Source of the DNA: Calditrichales bacterium
GTDB taxonomy: Bacteria; Calditrichota; Calditrichia; Calditrichales; J004
NCBI GenBank assembly: GCA_965267575.1
Contig: OZ254086.1
Location: 608,001 to 672,000 of the forward strand
Reading direction: 5' to 3'
Length of the DNA stretch: 64,000 nt
Within the stretch, counting starts at the first letter, position 1. Every line of letters starts with the position of its first letter. A model generated the notes under the pieces. It did not search any database. It saw only the letters and a program-made list of their open reading frames with translations, and was not told the origin of the DNA. Of this stretch, positions 36,493 through 49,234 are shown piece by piece. The position numbers and the translations under genes were made by a program.

Positions 36493-36521
36493 TTGACAGT
36501 GGTTTTTAATCTACTTATATT
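36493..36521 (+). promoter_or_regulatory. Putative sigma70 promoter of rpsT
   Basis: TTGACA-17 nt-TATATT, followed by AGGAG RBS before the ATG at 36559. Confidence 0.75.
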
Positions 36522-36558
36522 AAAAATCTTTGATAAAAAATTACCAGGAGTTTTTTGA

Positions 36559-36813
36559 ATGGCACATCATAAGTCTGCTATTAAGCGCATTCGGAAATCG
36601 GCATCAGAGCGGGCCTATAACCGTGAATATAAAAGCCAGTTAAAAACCGCAACGCGTCAAATCATGGAAGAAAGCGATAAGAGCAAAGCACAGGAACTGT
36701 TAAACCAGATTTATAAATTGCTGGATAAGCTGGTTCACAAAAACATTATGCATAAAAACAGGGCCGCGCACAGAAAGGCACATCTCGCGCAGCATGTGAA
36801 TAACCTGCCTTAA
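36559..36813 (+). CDS. rpsT: 30S ribosomal protein S20
   Basis: MAHHKSAIKR, IMHKNRAAHRK. Confidence 0.95.
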   Translation: MAHHKSAIKRIRKSASERAYNREYKSQLKTATRQIMEESDKSKAQELLNQIYKLLDKLVHKNIMHKNRAAHRKAHLAQHVNNLP

Positions 36814-36824
36814 GTTTAAATCCG

Positions 36825-39170
<2,346 letters not shown>

Positions 39171-39194
39171 CTGGTATAGCTTGGTCTTGATAAT

Positions 39195-39219
39195 AAAAAA
39201 AGCGAGGCAGAAGCCTCGC
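39195..39219 (-). terminator. Rho-independent terminator between clpX and lon
   Basis: Minus strand GCGAGGC-TTCT-GCCTCGC-TTTTTTT. Confidence 0.8.
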
Positions 39220-39227
39220 CCTGAATT

Positions 39228-40475
39228 TTAAGCGCTTTGCTTGGATGAGCCGAACTTCAAGTCGGCTTCTGCTTGCTCTTCCACTACGGATTCGGTTATC
39301 TCCACAGCCTTCAGATTGGGCAGCGATGGGATGCGGAACAGAATGTCCAGCATAACGCTTTCCATAATCGAGCGCAACGATCGCGCGCCGGTGCCCGTCT
39401 TTTTGGCTTTTCGCACAATGGCCATCAGTGCATCATCGGTAAAGGAGAGTTCAACATCTTCCATGCCCACCAGCTTTTGATACTGTTTGATCAAAGCGTT
39501 TTTGGGCTCGGTAAGCACTTTATACAAAGCCGATTCATCCAGCTCTTCCAGCGCGCCGATAACCGGCAACCGGCCAATCAGCTCAGGGATCAATCCAAAC
39601 TGGATCAGGTCTTCCGGCTGTACTTTGGCATAAAGCTCGCTCTTGGTGAACTTGTGCCCTTTTACGACATCTTTTTCGAAGCCAATATTTTTTTCACCTA
39701 CGCGACGACGGATAATATCTTCCAGTCCTTCAAAAGCTCCGCCACAAATAAACAAAATATTGCGCGTATCGATGTTTATCAGGTTTTGCTCAGGATGCTT
39801 ACGCCCGCCTTTGGGTGGTATGCTGGAGGTCGTGCCTTCCAGTATTTTAAGGATGGCCTGCTGCACGCCTTCGCCGCTTACATCCCTCGTGATGGATGGG
39901 TTGCCGCTTTTTCGGGCAATCTTGTCAATCTCATCCACGTAGATGATACCGCGCTGCGTTTGCTCCAAATTAAAATTGGCCGCCTGGTAAAGGCGCACAA
40001 GGATGTTCTCAACATCTTCACCAACATAACCGGCTTCGGTAAGAACGGTGGCGTCGGCGATGGAGAAGGGTACGTTCAGGATGCGGGCCAGTGTTTGCGC
40101 CAAAAGCGTTTTGCCCGTACCGGTCGGACCTATCAGAAGAATATTGCTTTTTTCGATTTCAACATCATCGACAGCCGCGCCCTGACTGATACGCTTATAG
40201 TGATTGTATACAGCCACCGACAATATGCGCTTGGAATGCTCCTGACCAATGACATATTTATCCAGCTGCGACTTGATCTCCGCGGGAGGAACAAGACGCT
40301 GGCCAAGATCGGGCCGGCTTTCCTTTTTGTGACGGTCAATAATATCGGAAGCACTGCGGACGCAATCATTACAAATATGTACGTCCGGACCCGATATAAG
40401 GCTTTCCACTTCTTCAGCCGAACGGCCGCAAAAGGAACATCGATAAGTTGGCATACGCTGATTCTTTCTGCTCAT
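39228..40475 (-). CDS. clpX: ATP-dependent Clp protease ATP-binding subunit ClpX
   Basis: CSFCG Zn finger, [20 protein letters not shown] loop. Confidence 0.98.
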   Translation of the reverse strand: MSRKNQRMPTYRCSFCGRSAEEVESLISGPDVHICNDCVRSASDIIDRHKKESRPDLGQRLVPPAEIKSQLDKYVIGQEHSKRILSVAVYNHYKRISQGAAVDDVEIEKSNILLIGPTGTGKTLLAQTLARILNVPFSIADATVLTEAGYVGEDVENILVRLYQAANFNLEQTQRGIIYVDEIDKIARKSGNPSITRDVSGEGVQQAILKILEGTTSSIPPKGGRKHPEQNLINIDTRNILFICGGAFEGLEDIIRRRVGEKNIGFEKDVVKGHKFTKSELYAKVQPEDLIQFGLIPELIGRLPVIGALEELDESALYKVLTEPKNALIKQYQKLVGMEDVELSFTDDALMAIVRKAKKTGTGARSLRSIMESVMLDILFRIPSLPNLKAVEITESVVEEQAEADLKFGSSKQSA

Positions 40476-41075
40476 TTATTTCTTTGGTGCACCGGAACGC
40501 GGTTCCAGTATTTTATCGATCAAACCATAGTCCAAAGCCTCCTTGGCGGACATAAAGCGGTTACGATCGGTGTCCTTGTTAATCTGTTCGATATCTTTGC
40601 CTGTGCTTTCGGACAGGATCTCATTCAATATCTTGCGGATACGCAAAATCTCATTTGCCGCAATCTCGATATCGGAAGCCTGGCCTTCTGCGCCACCCAG
40701 CGGCTGGTGGATCATAATCCGCGCGTTGGGCAGGGCGTAACGCTTACCCTTGGTGCCTGCCGCCAAAAGAACCGCGCCCATACTGGCCGCCTGGCCCATC
40801 ACTGTCGTGACCACATCCGGCTTGATAAAGTTCATCGTATCAAAAATCCCCAAGCCTGAAGAAACAACGCCACCCGGCGAGTTGATGTACACGTAGATAT
40901 CTTTGTCCGGATCTTCAGCTTCCAAAAATAAAAGCTGCGCGATCACCAGGCTGGCTATGTTATCATCAATGGGACTTCCAAGGAAAATAATTCTTTCTTT
41001 CAGCAGCCGCGAATAAATATCATAGGCGCGCTCGCCTCTTCCCGTCTGCTCAACCACCATCGGAACTAATGCCAT
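40476..41075 (-). CDS. clpP: ATP-dependent Clp protease proteolytic subunit
   Basis: [28 protein letters not shown]. Confidence 0.98.
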   Translation of the reverse strand: MALVPMVVEQTGRGERAYDIYSRLLKERIIFLGSPIDDNIASLVIAQLLFLEAEDPDKDIYVYINSPGGVVSSGLGIFDTMNFIKPDVVTTVMGQAASMGAVLLAAGTKGKRYALPNARIMIHQPLGGAEGQASDIEIAANEILRIRKILNEILSESTGKDIEQINKDTDRNRFMSAKEALDYGLIDKILEPRSGAPKK

Positions 41076-41091
41076 TTCCGGACCTTTCGTC

Positions 41092-42351
41092 TTAATCTAA
41101 TTTGATTTCGTTTTGTTTGACTTTGTTTTTCTTTTCCAGAAACTCAAGGATCTTTTTGTCTTTTAAAGATTCCTTGACGTTACCCATCATACCTTCGTTT
41201 TTCTCGTACAACTGCCGTACTTCATCATTCTCTATCTCGTCCAGGAATTTTTTAACGTCTTCCTCTTCAACCTTAATCCCTTCTGCGTCGGCAATCTTTT
41301 CCTTCAGGTAATACCATTTGATGTTAAACTCGGCATCGGTTCTGTAATGCTGCCGGATCTGCTCTTCCTTGGCATTGGGATCACGCTGGCGCACATCGCG
41401 CACAACATGGTTCAGGTAATTGTCGATCAACGCCTCGGGCACATCGAAATTATTTTCCTCAATCAGCTTTTGTGTCAGCTCGGTGCCAAAGCGGTTTTGA
41501 GCCTCGCGCTCATATTCTGCTTGCAGGTTGCGCCGCATCTGATCCCGAAATTCGTCTGCGGAGTTCACATTGGGGTTGATTTCCTTCACAAATTCATCGG
41601 TTAATTCCGGCAATTCCTCTTCTTCGATTTTCTTAACGGTGATGTTGTAGCTTTCTTTCTTGCCGGCATACTCTTTTTGCGGGAAATCCTTGGGATATTC
41701 TTTAGTAATTTTGGTTTCTTTACCTTTTTTCAGGCCAATCAGCTGTTTCTCCAGGTCGGGATCGAAGCGGCCATCACCCACGGTTACTGAAATGTCCTTA
41801 TATTTTTTGCCGACCAGCGGCGCGCCGGATTCATCCAGCTCCTGCATATCCATCTGGATAATGTGTCCTTCGGCAACTGGACCATCCACTTCCTTGCGGC
41901 TGGCGCGCGACTTCAACAAGCGCTTGATCTGTTCTTCAACAAAAGAATCTTCAATGGTGTATTTGTCTTTAATGAAATCAAAACCCTGGTATTTTTTCAG
42001 TTCGACCTCAGGATAGGTATCCACTTCGATCGTCATAGCCAGGTTGCCGTCCTCGTTGAAATCAACTTTCTTGGGCTCCGGCATGCCCACCACTTCCAGG
42101 TTATTGTCGGCAACAGCTTTTTCAACGGCCTGCTGCACGGCGCTTTCCATGGTGTAGGCCTCAATCGCCTGACCGTAGCTGCGCTTTACCATGTGCAGGG
42201 GGGCTTTGCCTTTGCGAAATCCCGGGAATTGAACCTCTTTGCGCACGCGCTGCGTTTCCTGCTCGCGGATAGGATTCAGGTCGTCCTTTTCCATAACAAT
42301 ATGCAGCTCTTTGCGGCAATTTGAGATTGTTTTTATTTCACTCGTTATCAT
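41092..42351 (-). CDS. tig: Trigger factor
   Basis: PGFRKGKAP ribosome-binding motif; tig-clpP-clpX synteny. Confidence 0.95.
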   Translation of the reverse strand: MITSEIKTISNCRKELHIVMEKDDLNPIREQETQRVRKEVQFPGFRKGKAPLHMVKRSYGQAIEAYTMESAVQQAVEKAVADNNLEVVGMPEPKKVDFNEDGNLAMTIEVDTYPEVELKKYQGFDFIKDKYTIEDSFVEEQIKRLLKSRASRKEVDGPVAEGHIIQMDMQELDESGAPLVGKKYKDISVTVGDGRFDPDLEKQLIGLKKGKETKITKEYPKDFPQKEYAGKKESYNITVKKIEEEELPELTDEFVKEINPNVNSADEFRDQMRRNLQAEYEREAQNRFGTELTQKLIEENNFDVPEALIDNYLNHVVRDVRQRDPNAKEEQIRQHYRTDAEFNIKWYYLKEKIADAEGIKVEEEDVKKFLDEIENDEVRQLYEKNEGMMGNVKESLKDKKILEFLEKKNKVKQNEIKLD

Positions 42352-42442
42352 TCATCCTCCGAAAAATCCAAATAAAATGAGCCTTTAATTTAGGCCTGCC
42401 CCACTCTAAAAGCAACCAGCGAGCCTGCTCTTTTAGCGCCCT

Positions 42443-45274
42443 TTAATTCTCTTGTTCGATTAGTTCCGTGCCTAATGTTTTTCCCTTCTTGAGGGCCGGA
42501 ACACCTTCGATGATCCAACGGGCGGGCGGCGCGTCTTTCAGGTAGTAATCAAAATACTGCTGTAAACGAATCGCCCAGTCTTTTTTATTAACAAACGTTA
42601 TCGGCCAGTGCGGCTGATTGTTGTAATTGATCAGCCACGAGGGTTTACCCAGGCGGCGCAGTGCCGTAAACAGCTCTATGCCCTGGTACCAGGGTACATG
42701 CCCGTCCTGATCGTTGTGCATGATCAGCAGCGGCGTTTCAATCTGGTCCGCAAAAAAAAGCGGCGAGTTTTCGATATAAAGCAAGGGCTTTTCCCACAAC
42801 GTGCCACCGATGCGGCTCTGGGTCATCTCGTACTGGAACATGCGGCTTTTGCCCGTGCCCCAGCGTATGCCGCCATAAGCGGATGTCATGTTGGCCACCG
42901 GGGCCCCTGCCTCCGCGACGCGGAAAAGATTAGTGCGCGTTATCATGTAGGCAATCTGATAACCACCCCAGCTATGACCCTGCACGCCGATGCGTTCGCG
43001 GTCAACGTAGCCTTTTTCAATCATATGGTTTACCCCGGCCATAACAGCATCGTATGCGCTTTCACCGGGAAAACCGGTTTTATAGGGGATGTCCGGAATA
43101 AAAATGACATAGCCGCGGCTGGCGTAAAAGCTGAAATTGATGATGGAACGGTGCGGCTCGGGCTCCCAGTGCCGGTAAAGATTGTGTGAGCTCTTTTCGT
43201 AAAAGTAAACCATCATCGGGTACTTTTGGGCCAGGTCAAAATTGGCCGGCTTATAAATAATGCCCTGCAGCTTTTGACCATCCAGCGAAACCCACTCAGC
43301 CTGTTCAGCCGTGCCCCATAAATATTCATCCTGCTGCGGATTGATATTGCTGATTTTGCGCGGGTCTTCAAATGAAGGATCGCTTACCCAGAAATCAGAA
43401 AACTCACGGAAATCTTCACGGGTATAGATCAGCACATCGGCGTTTTCGGCTTTTGTGGTCCTGGCAAAACGCTTTTCCGCCTTTACCAAAACTTTGAACG
43501 ACTGCTCTTTTTGCGGATGGACCTGCGCGTACCCCGCACGCTTGTCGTCGTAGTCGAAAAGCTCGAGCAGCCACGGCTCATCTTCCGGCAGGGCCCTTTG
43601 ATCCTTGTCCAGCTTAATATAGCGCAATTGTTCGCCACGCTCACGGCCCTTGCCGCCGGTAAGGTTTACAGGCTCCAGCGGTTTGGACGGATCAACCGCC
43701 CAGATATCGTATTGATCGTAAAGCACAAAACGCGCGTCATCTTCTGTCCAGCCGGCACTGCCTTCGGACCCTGCCGGAAAAGGCCAGTCATGAAGATGGT
43801 AAACCAGCGAAACGGCAATACCGCCCGAAAGACTGATTTCTTTGCCGCGCTCATTATCGTAAGCTCTCCATTCGCCAAGCTGGCGATCCCACCAGTAGAT
43901 GTAGCGGCCCTGCGGCGAAATATCGGCGGCGGACTGCACCCGTTCGGCAACCATGCGCGAACGGCCGTTCTTCAAATCGATCAGGTAAAAATCATGGTAT
44001 TCCGGGTAATCCCATGAAATCTCCATCCGGTATGGCAAATTGGAAAGCCCCAGCGCAAAACGGCCATCGCCCTGATCGCTTAATTTTATTTCGGGAATAT
44101 CTTCACGGCCCAGCTGCAGGATTGTTTTTTTGCCGAGATCATAAACCGCCAGGTAGCTGCGCTTTTGTTCCTGCTTCAGCTGCTTAAGCTGCATCGGCTG
44201 TAGCAGAGGATCTTTCCAATGCCAGATGTCCAGAACCGCCTGTTCTTCTTTTTGCTCTTCTTCCGGCTCCGGCTCGGGACGCGGCGCGCTGCCAAACAGA
44301 ATGCGCTTCCCGGCTTCGGAAAACTCCACTTTCGCGTGCGGACTTATCCACCAGCCTTCCGGCAAACCACGACTGCCCTGGCGCGCGATGGCCGTCGCTT
44401 TCATCGATTTTGTATCCGCCAGATAGAGCGCAAATGCTTTCTGCTTGGTATCAATGGAATCGCTGTTGGCAATAAAAGCCAGGTGGCTGCCGGGTGTGCT
44501 CCAGGCCAGCTTGCGGTAATCGCCCGGCGTTTGCATCAGTGTGCTGACCTTGCCGTTTTCCAGGCTTACAACCTGAACACCGTCGGCGCTACTGTCTTCG
44601 GAGGCCAGTGTCAGGGCAAGGAAACGCCCGTCCTCAGAAAAGCGGTAATCGCTTACATTGTTAAAAATTCGGCTGCTGTCACTTTCAAAATGATGCAGGG
44701 TAAGCTTCCTGCCGCGCGGCTTTTTGCCGTTGTCTTTTTTGGTTTCGCTTTCACTTTCCTGAAGTGTGTCGGCTATGGCAGCAGAGGTATCAGCTGTGGC
44801 TTTTTCCTCGGCGGGAAACTTGGTTAGCCAGGCCACCCAGCCGCCGGCCTTCTCCGGCATACGATAAGAGGCGGCTACGTCAACGACCTCTACATCCCCA
44901 TTCTCCAGATCAATCATTCCCAGCGAATCTTGCGGAGCTTCCGTGCCTTTTTTCTTCGCCTGTTTTGCCTTCTTCACGCTGTCCAGCGGCGCCCTTTTCA
45001 AAAAAACCGCATACGGCGTTCCATAGCTAAAAGCGGCGGAATCACCCCTCGCAATCACATACTCTTTTTCTTCAACCAGCTTTTTAAACGTCAAGGAACC
45101 ATCGCCGTTTTCGGGTCGCACCACGTATAAAAACAAGGAGCCGTCTTCCGAGATGGCGTGTTGTTTAGTCTTGTTCCAGAAGTCGTAAACATTGTGGTCC
45201 AGCGGTTTTTTGTCCTGCGCCGCAAGACTATTCGCCAAAAACAAAACCGTACTTAACAAAACGAGATAACGCAT
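42443..45274 (-). CDS. Secreted S9 (prolyl oligopeptidase family) peptidase
   Basis: Signal peptide; GHSWGGY nucleophile, DGHVP and QPH triad region. Confidence 0.9.
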   Translation of the reverse strand: MRYLVLLSTVLFLANSLAAQDKKPLDHNVYDFWNKTKQHAISEDGSLFLYVVRPENGDGSLTFKKLVEEKEYVIARGDSAAFSYGTPYAVFLKRAPLDSVKKAKQAKKKGTEAPQDSLGMIDLENGDVEVVDVAASYRMPEKAGGWVAWLTKFPAEEKATADTSAAIADTLQESESETKKDNGKKPRGRKLTLHHFESDSSRIFNNVSDYRFSEDGRFLALTLASEDSSADGVQVVSLENGKVSTLMQTPGDYRKLAWSTPGSHLAFIANSDSIDTKQKAFALYLADTKSMKATAIARQGSRGLPEGWWISPHAKVEFSEAGKRILFGSAPRPEPEPEEEQKEEQAVLDIWHWKDPLLQPMQLKQLKQEQKRSYLAVYDLGKKTILQLGREDIPEIKLSDQGDGRFALGLSNLPYRMEISWDYPEYHDFYLIDLKNGRSRMVAERVQSAADISPQGRYIYWWDRQLGEWRAYDNERGKEISLSGGIAVSLVYHLHDWPFPAGSEGSAGWTEDDARFVLYDQYDIWAVDPSKPLEPVNLTGGKGRERGEQLRYIKLDKDQRALPEDEPWLLELFDYDDKRAGYAQVHPQKEQSFKVLVKAEKRFARTTKAENADVLIYTREDFREFSDFWVSDPSFEDPRKISNINPQQDEYLWGTAEQAEWVSLDGQKLQGIIYKPANFDLAQKYPMMVYFYEKSSHNLYRHWEPEPHRSIINFSFYASRGYVIFIPDIPYKTGFPGESAYDAVMAGVNHMIEKGYVDRERIGVQGHSWGGYQIAYMITRTNLFRVAEAGAPVANMTSAYGGIRWGTGKSRMFQYEMTQSRIGGTLWEKPLLYIENSPLFFADQIETPLLIMHNDQDGHVPWYQGIELFTALRRLGKPSWLINYNNQPHWPITFVNKKDWAIRLQQYFDYYLKDAPPARWIIEGVPALKKGKTLGTELIEQEN

Positions 45275-45346
45275 AATCGCTCCGAAATGATTTGTGAAAA
45301 CAGAATCTCTGAAGTTAGCATAAAAAGAATATCAGGCAAGACCGGA

Positions 45347-46198
45347 TCAGTGTGTTTTAGGAAAGCGTCGCAGTCCGCTCCAGGGCATGGTTTTAGAGAT
45401 GGGCAGCGCGGGTGCGTCCACGTTTTTTTCCAACCGGAACCAGGCGGAACCGTTGGCGGCACGCAAAAGGTAGGGCTGGCAAGCAGGTGTGTCTCCCTGG
45501 GCAAATAACAGCACGGTCTCCCCGGAACCGCTCCTGGCCATATCAACAATCATAACGGCGTGGCCGCGGCTGCCTTTTTTAACTATAAAATCACCGGGCT
45601 GCAGATCGGCACGTTTTTGCGGCGGGTAGTGATGATAAAAAGTTTGTGTGCCGCTATACTCAAAGATCGTGCGGATATAATCTTCAAAAACGCTTTGCTT
45701 ATGATCGCCTTTTTCCAGGATGAAGCGCAATCCTTTAAACCGCGGCCGCCAACCATCGCGCCAGGCTTTCCAGCTCAGGATTGTGCCCTCGGGCAAGGGG
45801 TATTGTATGCTGTCACTTAAGCCTTTGCTCCACAGCCAGTCGCTGTGCAGGCGGATGAGAATATCCATGCATTGTTCAAGCCTACAGCCTTTGATATCAA
45901 CGGCAAAAACAGCCGCAAGGCTTGTGTCATCCGCCGCTTTGGCAACGGAACCGTCAAATTCCAGAACAGCTCTTTTTTCAAGGTAGAGGGGAAGTTTGCG
46001 CAGGTATTGGGCAAAGCTGCCTGGCGCGACATCGACACGGGTGAAGCCATCGGGAGCCTTAATCGCCTCTTGCAAGGCCGGATGTTCGCCGGGCTCAAAA
46101 AGAACGCGTTGTCCGCTTACAGCATTCGGAAGCAGCGCGAAAAAGAGGGTCAAAGCACAAATTAAAGGAAAAGAAAAAACAGGAGATCGTCTGATCAC
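45347..46198 (-). CDS. DUF4846-like secreted protein (Cys/His hydrolase-like)
   Basis: Signal peptide; PDGFTRV..GSFAQYLRKLPL, EQCMD, GHAVMIVD, LFAQGDTPA. Confidence 0.7.
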   Translation of the reverse strand: MIRRSPVFSFPLICALTLFFALLPNAVSGQRVLFEPGEHPALQEAIKAPDGFTRVDVAPGSFAQYLRKLPLYLEKRAVLEFDGSVAKAADDTSLAAVFAVDIKGCRLEQCMDILIRLHSDWLWSKGLSDSIQYPLPEGTILSWKAWRDGWRPRFKGLRFILEKGDHKQSVFEDYIRTIFEYSGTQTFYHHYPPQKRADLQPGDFIVKKGSRGHAVMIVDMARSGSGETVLLFAQGDTPACQPYLLRAANGSAWFRLEKNVDAPALPISKTMPWSGLRRFPKTH

Positions 46199-47130
46199 AA
46201 CTCGAAAGCTTTTTGGATATTGGGCAGCAGCACATGCAGCGATGACCTGGCCATATCACCATCCAGCGGCAGGCAGATTACAACCGTCTGGCCGATTTTG
46301 CCTGCGGCCAGCCGTTGCGTGAACAGCCCCTTATGGTGCTCCCTTGCCACGCTGTAGAGAGACTGCTCAATACCCTCGATGCGAAAATCGAAGAACGGCT
46401 CCACCACGCCCAGCGTAATATCGCGGCGTCCAAGACCGTTTCCGCCGCAGGTCATGATCAATTCGACGCCCTCTTCCAGCCATTCCTGGAATTTCTCCAC
46501 CAGCTTGTCCGAATCGTTGGAGATGATGCTGTAGTGGCGGGTATCAAAACCGGCTTCCTTAAACCCATCGCGCAGAACGGCGCCGGCTTCATCTTCTGCC
46601 AGGCCGGCCACCACGCGGTCAGAAACAACCACAATCCCAACTTTGATGGGCATCTTTGCCGTATTGATAATCTCTTTGGATTCCTTTTCGGGAATTATCT
46701 GCAGATCGCGCACAGAAACATTGGGGTCATACTTGCGGAAAGCGTTGAGCAGGGTTACGGCAGTGGCCGATGCGGCACTTAAGGCATGAGCATCTAGCGA
46801 GGCCCGGCTTACGGCACGCACGCGGGCGGTAATGGCAATCGTATTTTCCTCTACGCTGAGATCGACACTTACAAAATCAAGCGACTGGCTAAAGGGCAGC
46901 GGGATAAATTCATGGGCGCGTTTGGCCGCCTGCACACCGGCAACCCGCGCCTCGCTCAGGATATCGCCCTGCAGCAAACCGGCATTGGCCAGAAGTGAAG
47001 CGCCGTCATCTTCAAAAACGACGGTAGCTACGGCTCGGGCACAGACGATGCCGGCAGGCTTTATGGTTTCTTTTTCGCTTTCAGAATAGTAACCGTTATG
47101 TGGCTTAATCAAAGCTTTGTCCTCAGTCAT
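46195..47130 (-). CDS. MoaC-MogA/MoaB-like fusion protein with degenerate motifs
   Basis: N-terminal GDILSEARVAGVQAAKR (MoaC-like); C-terminal VVSDRV..D.AG and GGNGLGRRDIT (MogA-like). Confidence 0.75.
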   Translation of the reverse strand: MTEDKALIKPHNGYYSESEKETIKPAGIVCARAVATVVFEDDGASLLANAGLLQGDILSEARVAGVQAAKRAHEFIPLPFSQSLDFVSVDLSVEENTIAITARVRAVSRASLDAHALSAASATAVTLLNAFRKYDPNVSVRDLQIIPEKESKEIINTAKMPIKVGIVVVSDRVVAGLAEDEAGAVLRDGFKEAGFDTRHYSIISNDSDKLVEKFQEWLEEGVELIMTCGGNGLGRRDITLGVVEPFFDFRIEGIEQSLYSVAREHHKGLFTQRLAAGKIGQTVVICLPLDGDMARSSLHVLLPNIQKAFEL

Positions 47131-47912
47131 GACAGACCATCCATGTTAAATGTGTCTCCGTCTTTCCAGACGGGAAATTTTTGGCGATACTCCTTCAGGC
47201 GTTGCGCCGAAAGAGTTACCGTTTTGACTTTCTCCGTATGGGCGTGCTCAAAAAGCGGCTCGCCCAGCGGGTCCAGCACCGCCGAATCACCGCGGTAGTA
47301 AATATCGTTACCATCGGTGCCGATGCGGTTTACGCCCACCACGTAGGCCTGGTTTTCTGCTGCCCGCGCCCGCAACAAAAGGCGCCAGTGGCTGGAACGT
47401 CTTTCCGGCCAGTTGGCTACAAAAATGGCCAGATCATACTTGTTGCCGTAATTGCGCAGCCAAACCGGAAAGCGCAGATCGTAGCAGACAAACGGGGCGA
47501 TTTTCCAGCCCTTGCAGTTAACCACCAAATGCGTTTTACCGGCACTGTATACTTTATGCTCTCCGGCCATCCGAAATAAATGACGCTTGTCATAAAAATC
47601 GAAATGGCCGTCCGGCCTTACCCAGAACATCCGGTTGAAATAACGCCCGTCGTCTTTAATGACAACACTACCAGTAATGTCGACGGAATATGCCGCCGCT
47701 TTATCCCGCATCCATTGCACGGTCCGCCCATTCGGAGAATCGGCCACGCGCTGAGGGTTCATAGTAAAGCCCGTGCTGAACATTTCCGGTAAAACAAGGA
47801 CATCGCCCCAATGGGTTACGCTGGCTAAAATCTGGTCAAAATGCGCCAGGTTGGCTTCCCTGTCTTCCCATCGCAACGCGGTTTGCACAACGGTTACTTT
47901 CAAATCCTGCAT
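47127..47912 (-). CDS. Nitrilase-family omega-amidase (YafV-like)
   Basis: LPEMF, YDKRHLF, VCYDLRFP, ARAAEN. Confidence 0.9.
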   Translation of the reverse strand: MQDLKVTVVQTALRWEDREANLAHFDQILASVTHWGDVLVLPEMFSTGFTMNPQRVADSPNGRTVQWMRDKAAAYSVDITGSVVIKDDGRYFNRMFWVRPDGHFDFYDKRHLFRMAGEHKVYSAGKTHLVVNCKGWKIAPFVCYDLRFPVWLRNYGNKYDLAIFVANWPERRSSHWRLLLRARAAENQAYVVGVNRIGTDGNDIYYRGDSAVLDPLGEPLFEHAHTEKVKTVTLSAQRLKEYRQKFPVWKDGDTFNMDGLS

Positions 47913-49039
47913 AAAACCTCCGCCGCCCTGTCAAGCGTCTCATCCTTTTTGGCAAAACAGAGGCGTATCACCTTATGGTCATCCCTGTTGCGGTAAAAGA
48001 CCGATGTGGGAATGGTGGCAATCTTGTGTTCCCGCGTAAGTCTTTCACAAAATGCACGATCGTTTTCGTCGCTGATGCCGGCATAGCTGAGCAATTGGAA
48101 ATAAGTTCCGGCACAGGGTAAAACCTTAAAGCGCGATTGCTGCAGCTGCCCGGCGATACGGTCGCGCTTTTGCTGGTAAAAGTGCGCCAGTTCGAGGTAG
48201 TGGTTTTCGTCTTTCAGCATTTCCGCGTAAGCGTGCTGGCTTGGCGCGTGTACGGAAAAAACTATGAACTGGTGAATTTTGCGCAGTTCTTTGGTCAATT
48301 CAACAGGGGCCAAGCAGTAGCCTACTTTCCAGCCGGTGGCATGGAACGTTTTGCCGAACGAGCTGATCACGAAACTGCGCTCAGCCAGCTCCGGGTAACG
48401 TGCCAGGCTGAGGTGTTTCTGCCCGTCAAAGACGATGTGTTCATAAACCTCGTCGGCGATCAGCACAATATTTGTATTGCGGGTGATCGCAATCAGTTGC
48501 CGGATGTCGCTATCGCCCAGCACGGCGCCTGCCGGATTGTGCGGATTGTTTAGAATAATGGCCCGTGTTTTTGGTGAGATTGCCTTTTTCAGGGCATCCC
48601 AATCAATGCCGTAGCGCGGCGGCATAAGCGGCACGGTTACCACTTTGCCAGCGCTGTATTCAACCGTAGGAATATAGATGTCATACCACGGCTCAAAAAC
48701 AATCACTTCATCTCCCGGATGCACGGTTGCCGTTATGGCGGCATACAGTGCTTCGGTTGCGCCCGATGTTACGGTGACTTCAGTTTCCATGTCGTAACGC
48801 GCGCCGTACAGCTTTTCCGTTTTAATGGCAATTTGCTCGCGCAGTTGAGGAATGCCCGGCATGGGCGCGTATTGATTGTGCCCTTCCCTGATGGCCGCCG
48901 AAATCAACTCGCTCATCCGCCGATTTATGTCAAAATCGGGGAAGCCCTGGGAGAGATTCAAAGCATCGTGCTTGTGGGACAGCGCCGTCATAACGGCAAA
49001 AATGCTGGTTTGCAGGTTCGGCTGTTTGGATGTGATCAT
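47900..49039 (-). CDS. PLP-dependent methionine/aromatic aminotransferase (YbdL-like)
   Basis: NLSQGFPDF, NPHNP, DEVYEH, SSFGKTFHATGWK. Confidence 0.92.
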   Translation of the reverse strand: MITSKQPNLQTSIFAVMTALSHKHDALNLSQGFPDFDINRRMSELISAAIREGHNQYAPMPGIPQLREQIAIKTEKLYGARYDMETEVTVTSGATEALYAAITATVHPGDEVIVFEPWYDIYIPTVEYSAGKVVTVPLMPPRYGIDWDALKKAISPKTRAIILNNPHNPAGAVLGDSDIRQLIAITRNTNIVLIADEVYEHIVFDGQKHLSLARYPELAERSFVISSFGKTFHATGWKVGYCLAPVELTKELRKIHQFIVFSVHAPSQHAYAEMLKDENHYLELAHFYQQKRDRIAGQLQQSRFKVLPCAGTYFQLLSYAGISDENDRAFCERLTREHKIATIPTSVFYRNRDDHKVIRLCFAKKDETLDRAAEVLCRI

Positions 49040-49045
49040 AAGGAT

Positions 49046-49077
49046 GTGCTATGGTGTTTAGGTGTTAGTGTGTTAAA
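49046..49077. repeat. Orphan octamer tandem array, GTGTTA family (4 units)
   Basis: gtgctatg gtgtttag gtgttagt gtgttaaa. Confidence 0.75.
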
Positions 49078-49099
49078 GTTGTGCCCGGCAAATATAACA

Positions 49100-49135
49100 A
49101 TTCTTGATCATGATCATGCTCGTGATCATGCTCTT
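49100..49135. repeat. Hexamer tandem array (GMTCNT)
   Basis: attctt gatcat gatcat gctcgt gatcat gctctt. Confidence 0.75.
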
Positions 49136-49152
49136 ATTATTCTCTGTCAGAA

Positions 49153-49181
49153 GATCCCGGCGCGGTTGCCGGGATGACAGG
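49153..49181. repeat. REP-like palindrome, copy 1
   Basis: GATCCCGGCGC-ggtt-GCCGGGATGACAGG; 25/29 nt identical to 53129-53157. Confidence 0.85.
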
Positions 49182-49234
49182 AATCTGGAGCGAAATAAAT
49201 TGCGCCTTAGTGGCAAAATGCTCCGGCTTGGCTT

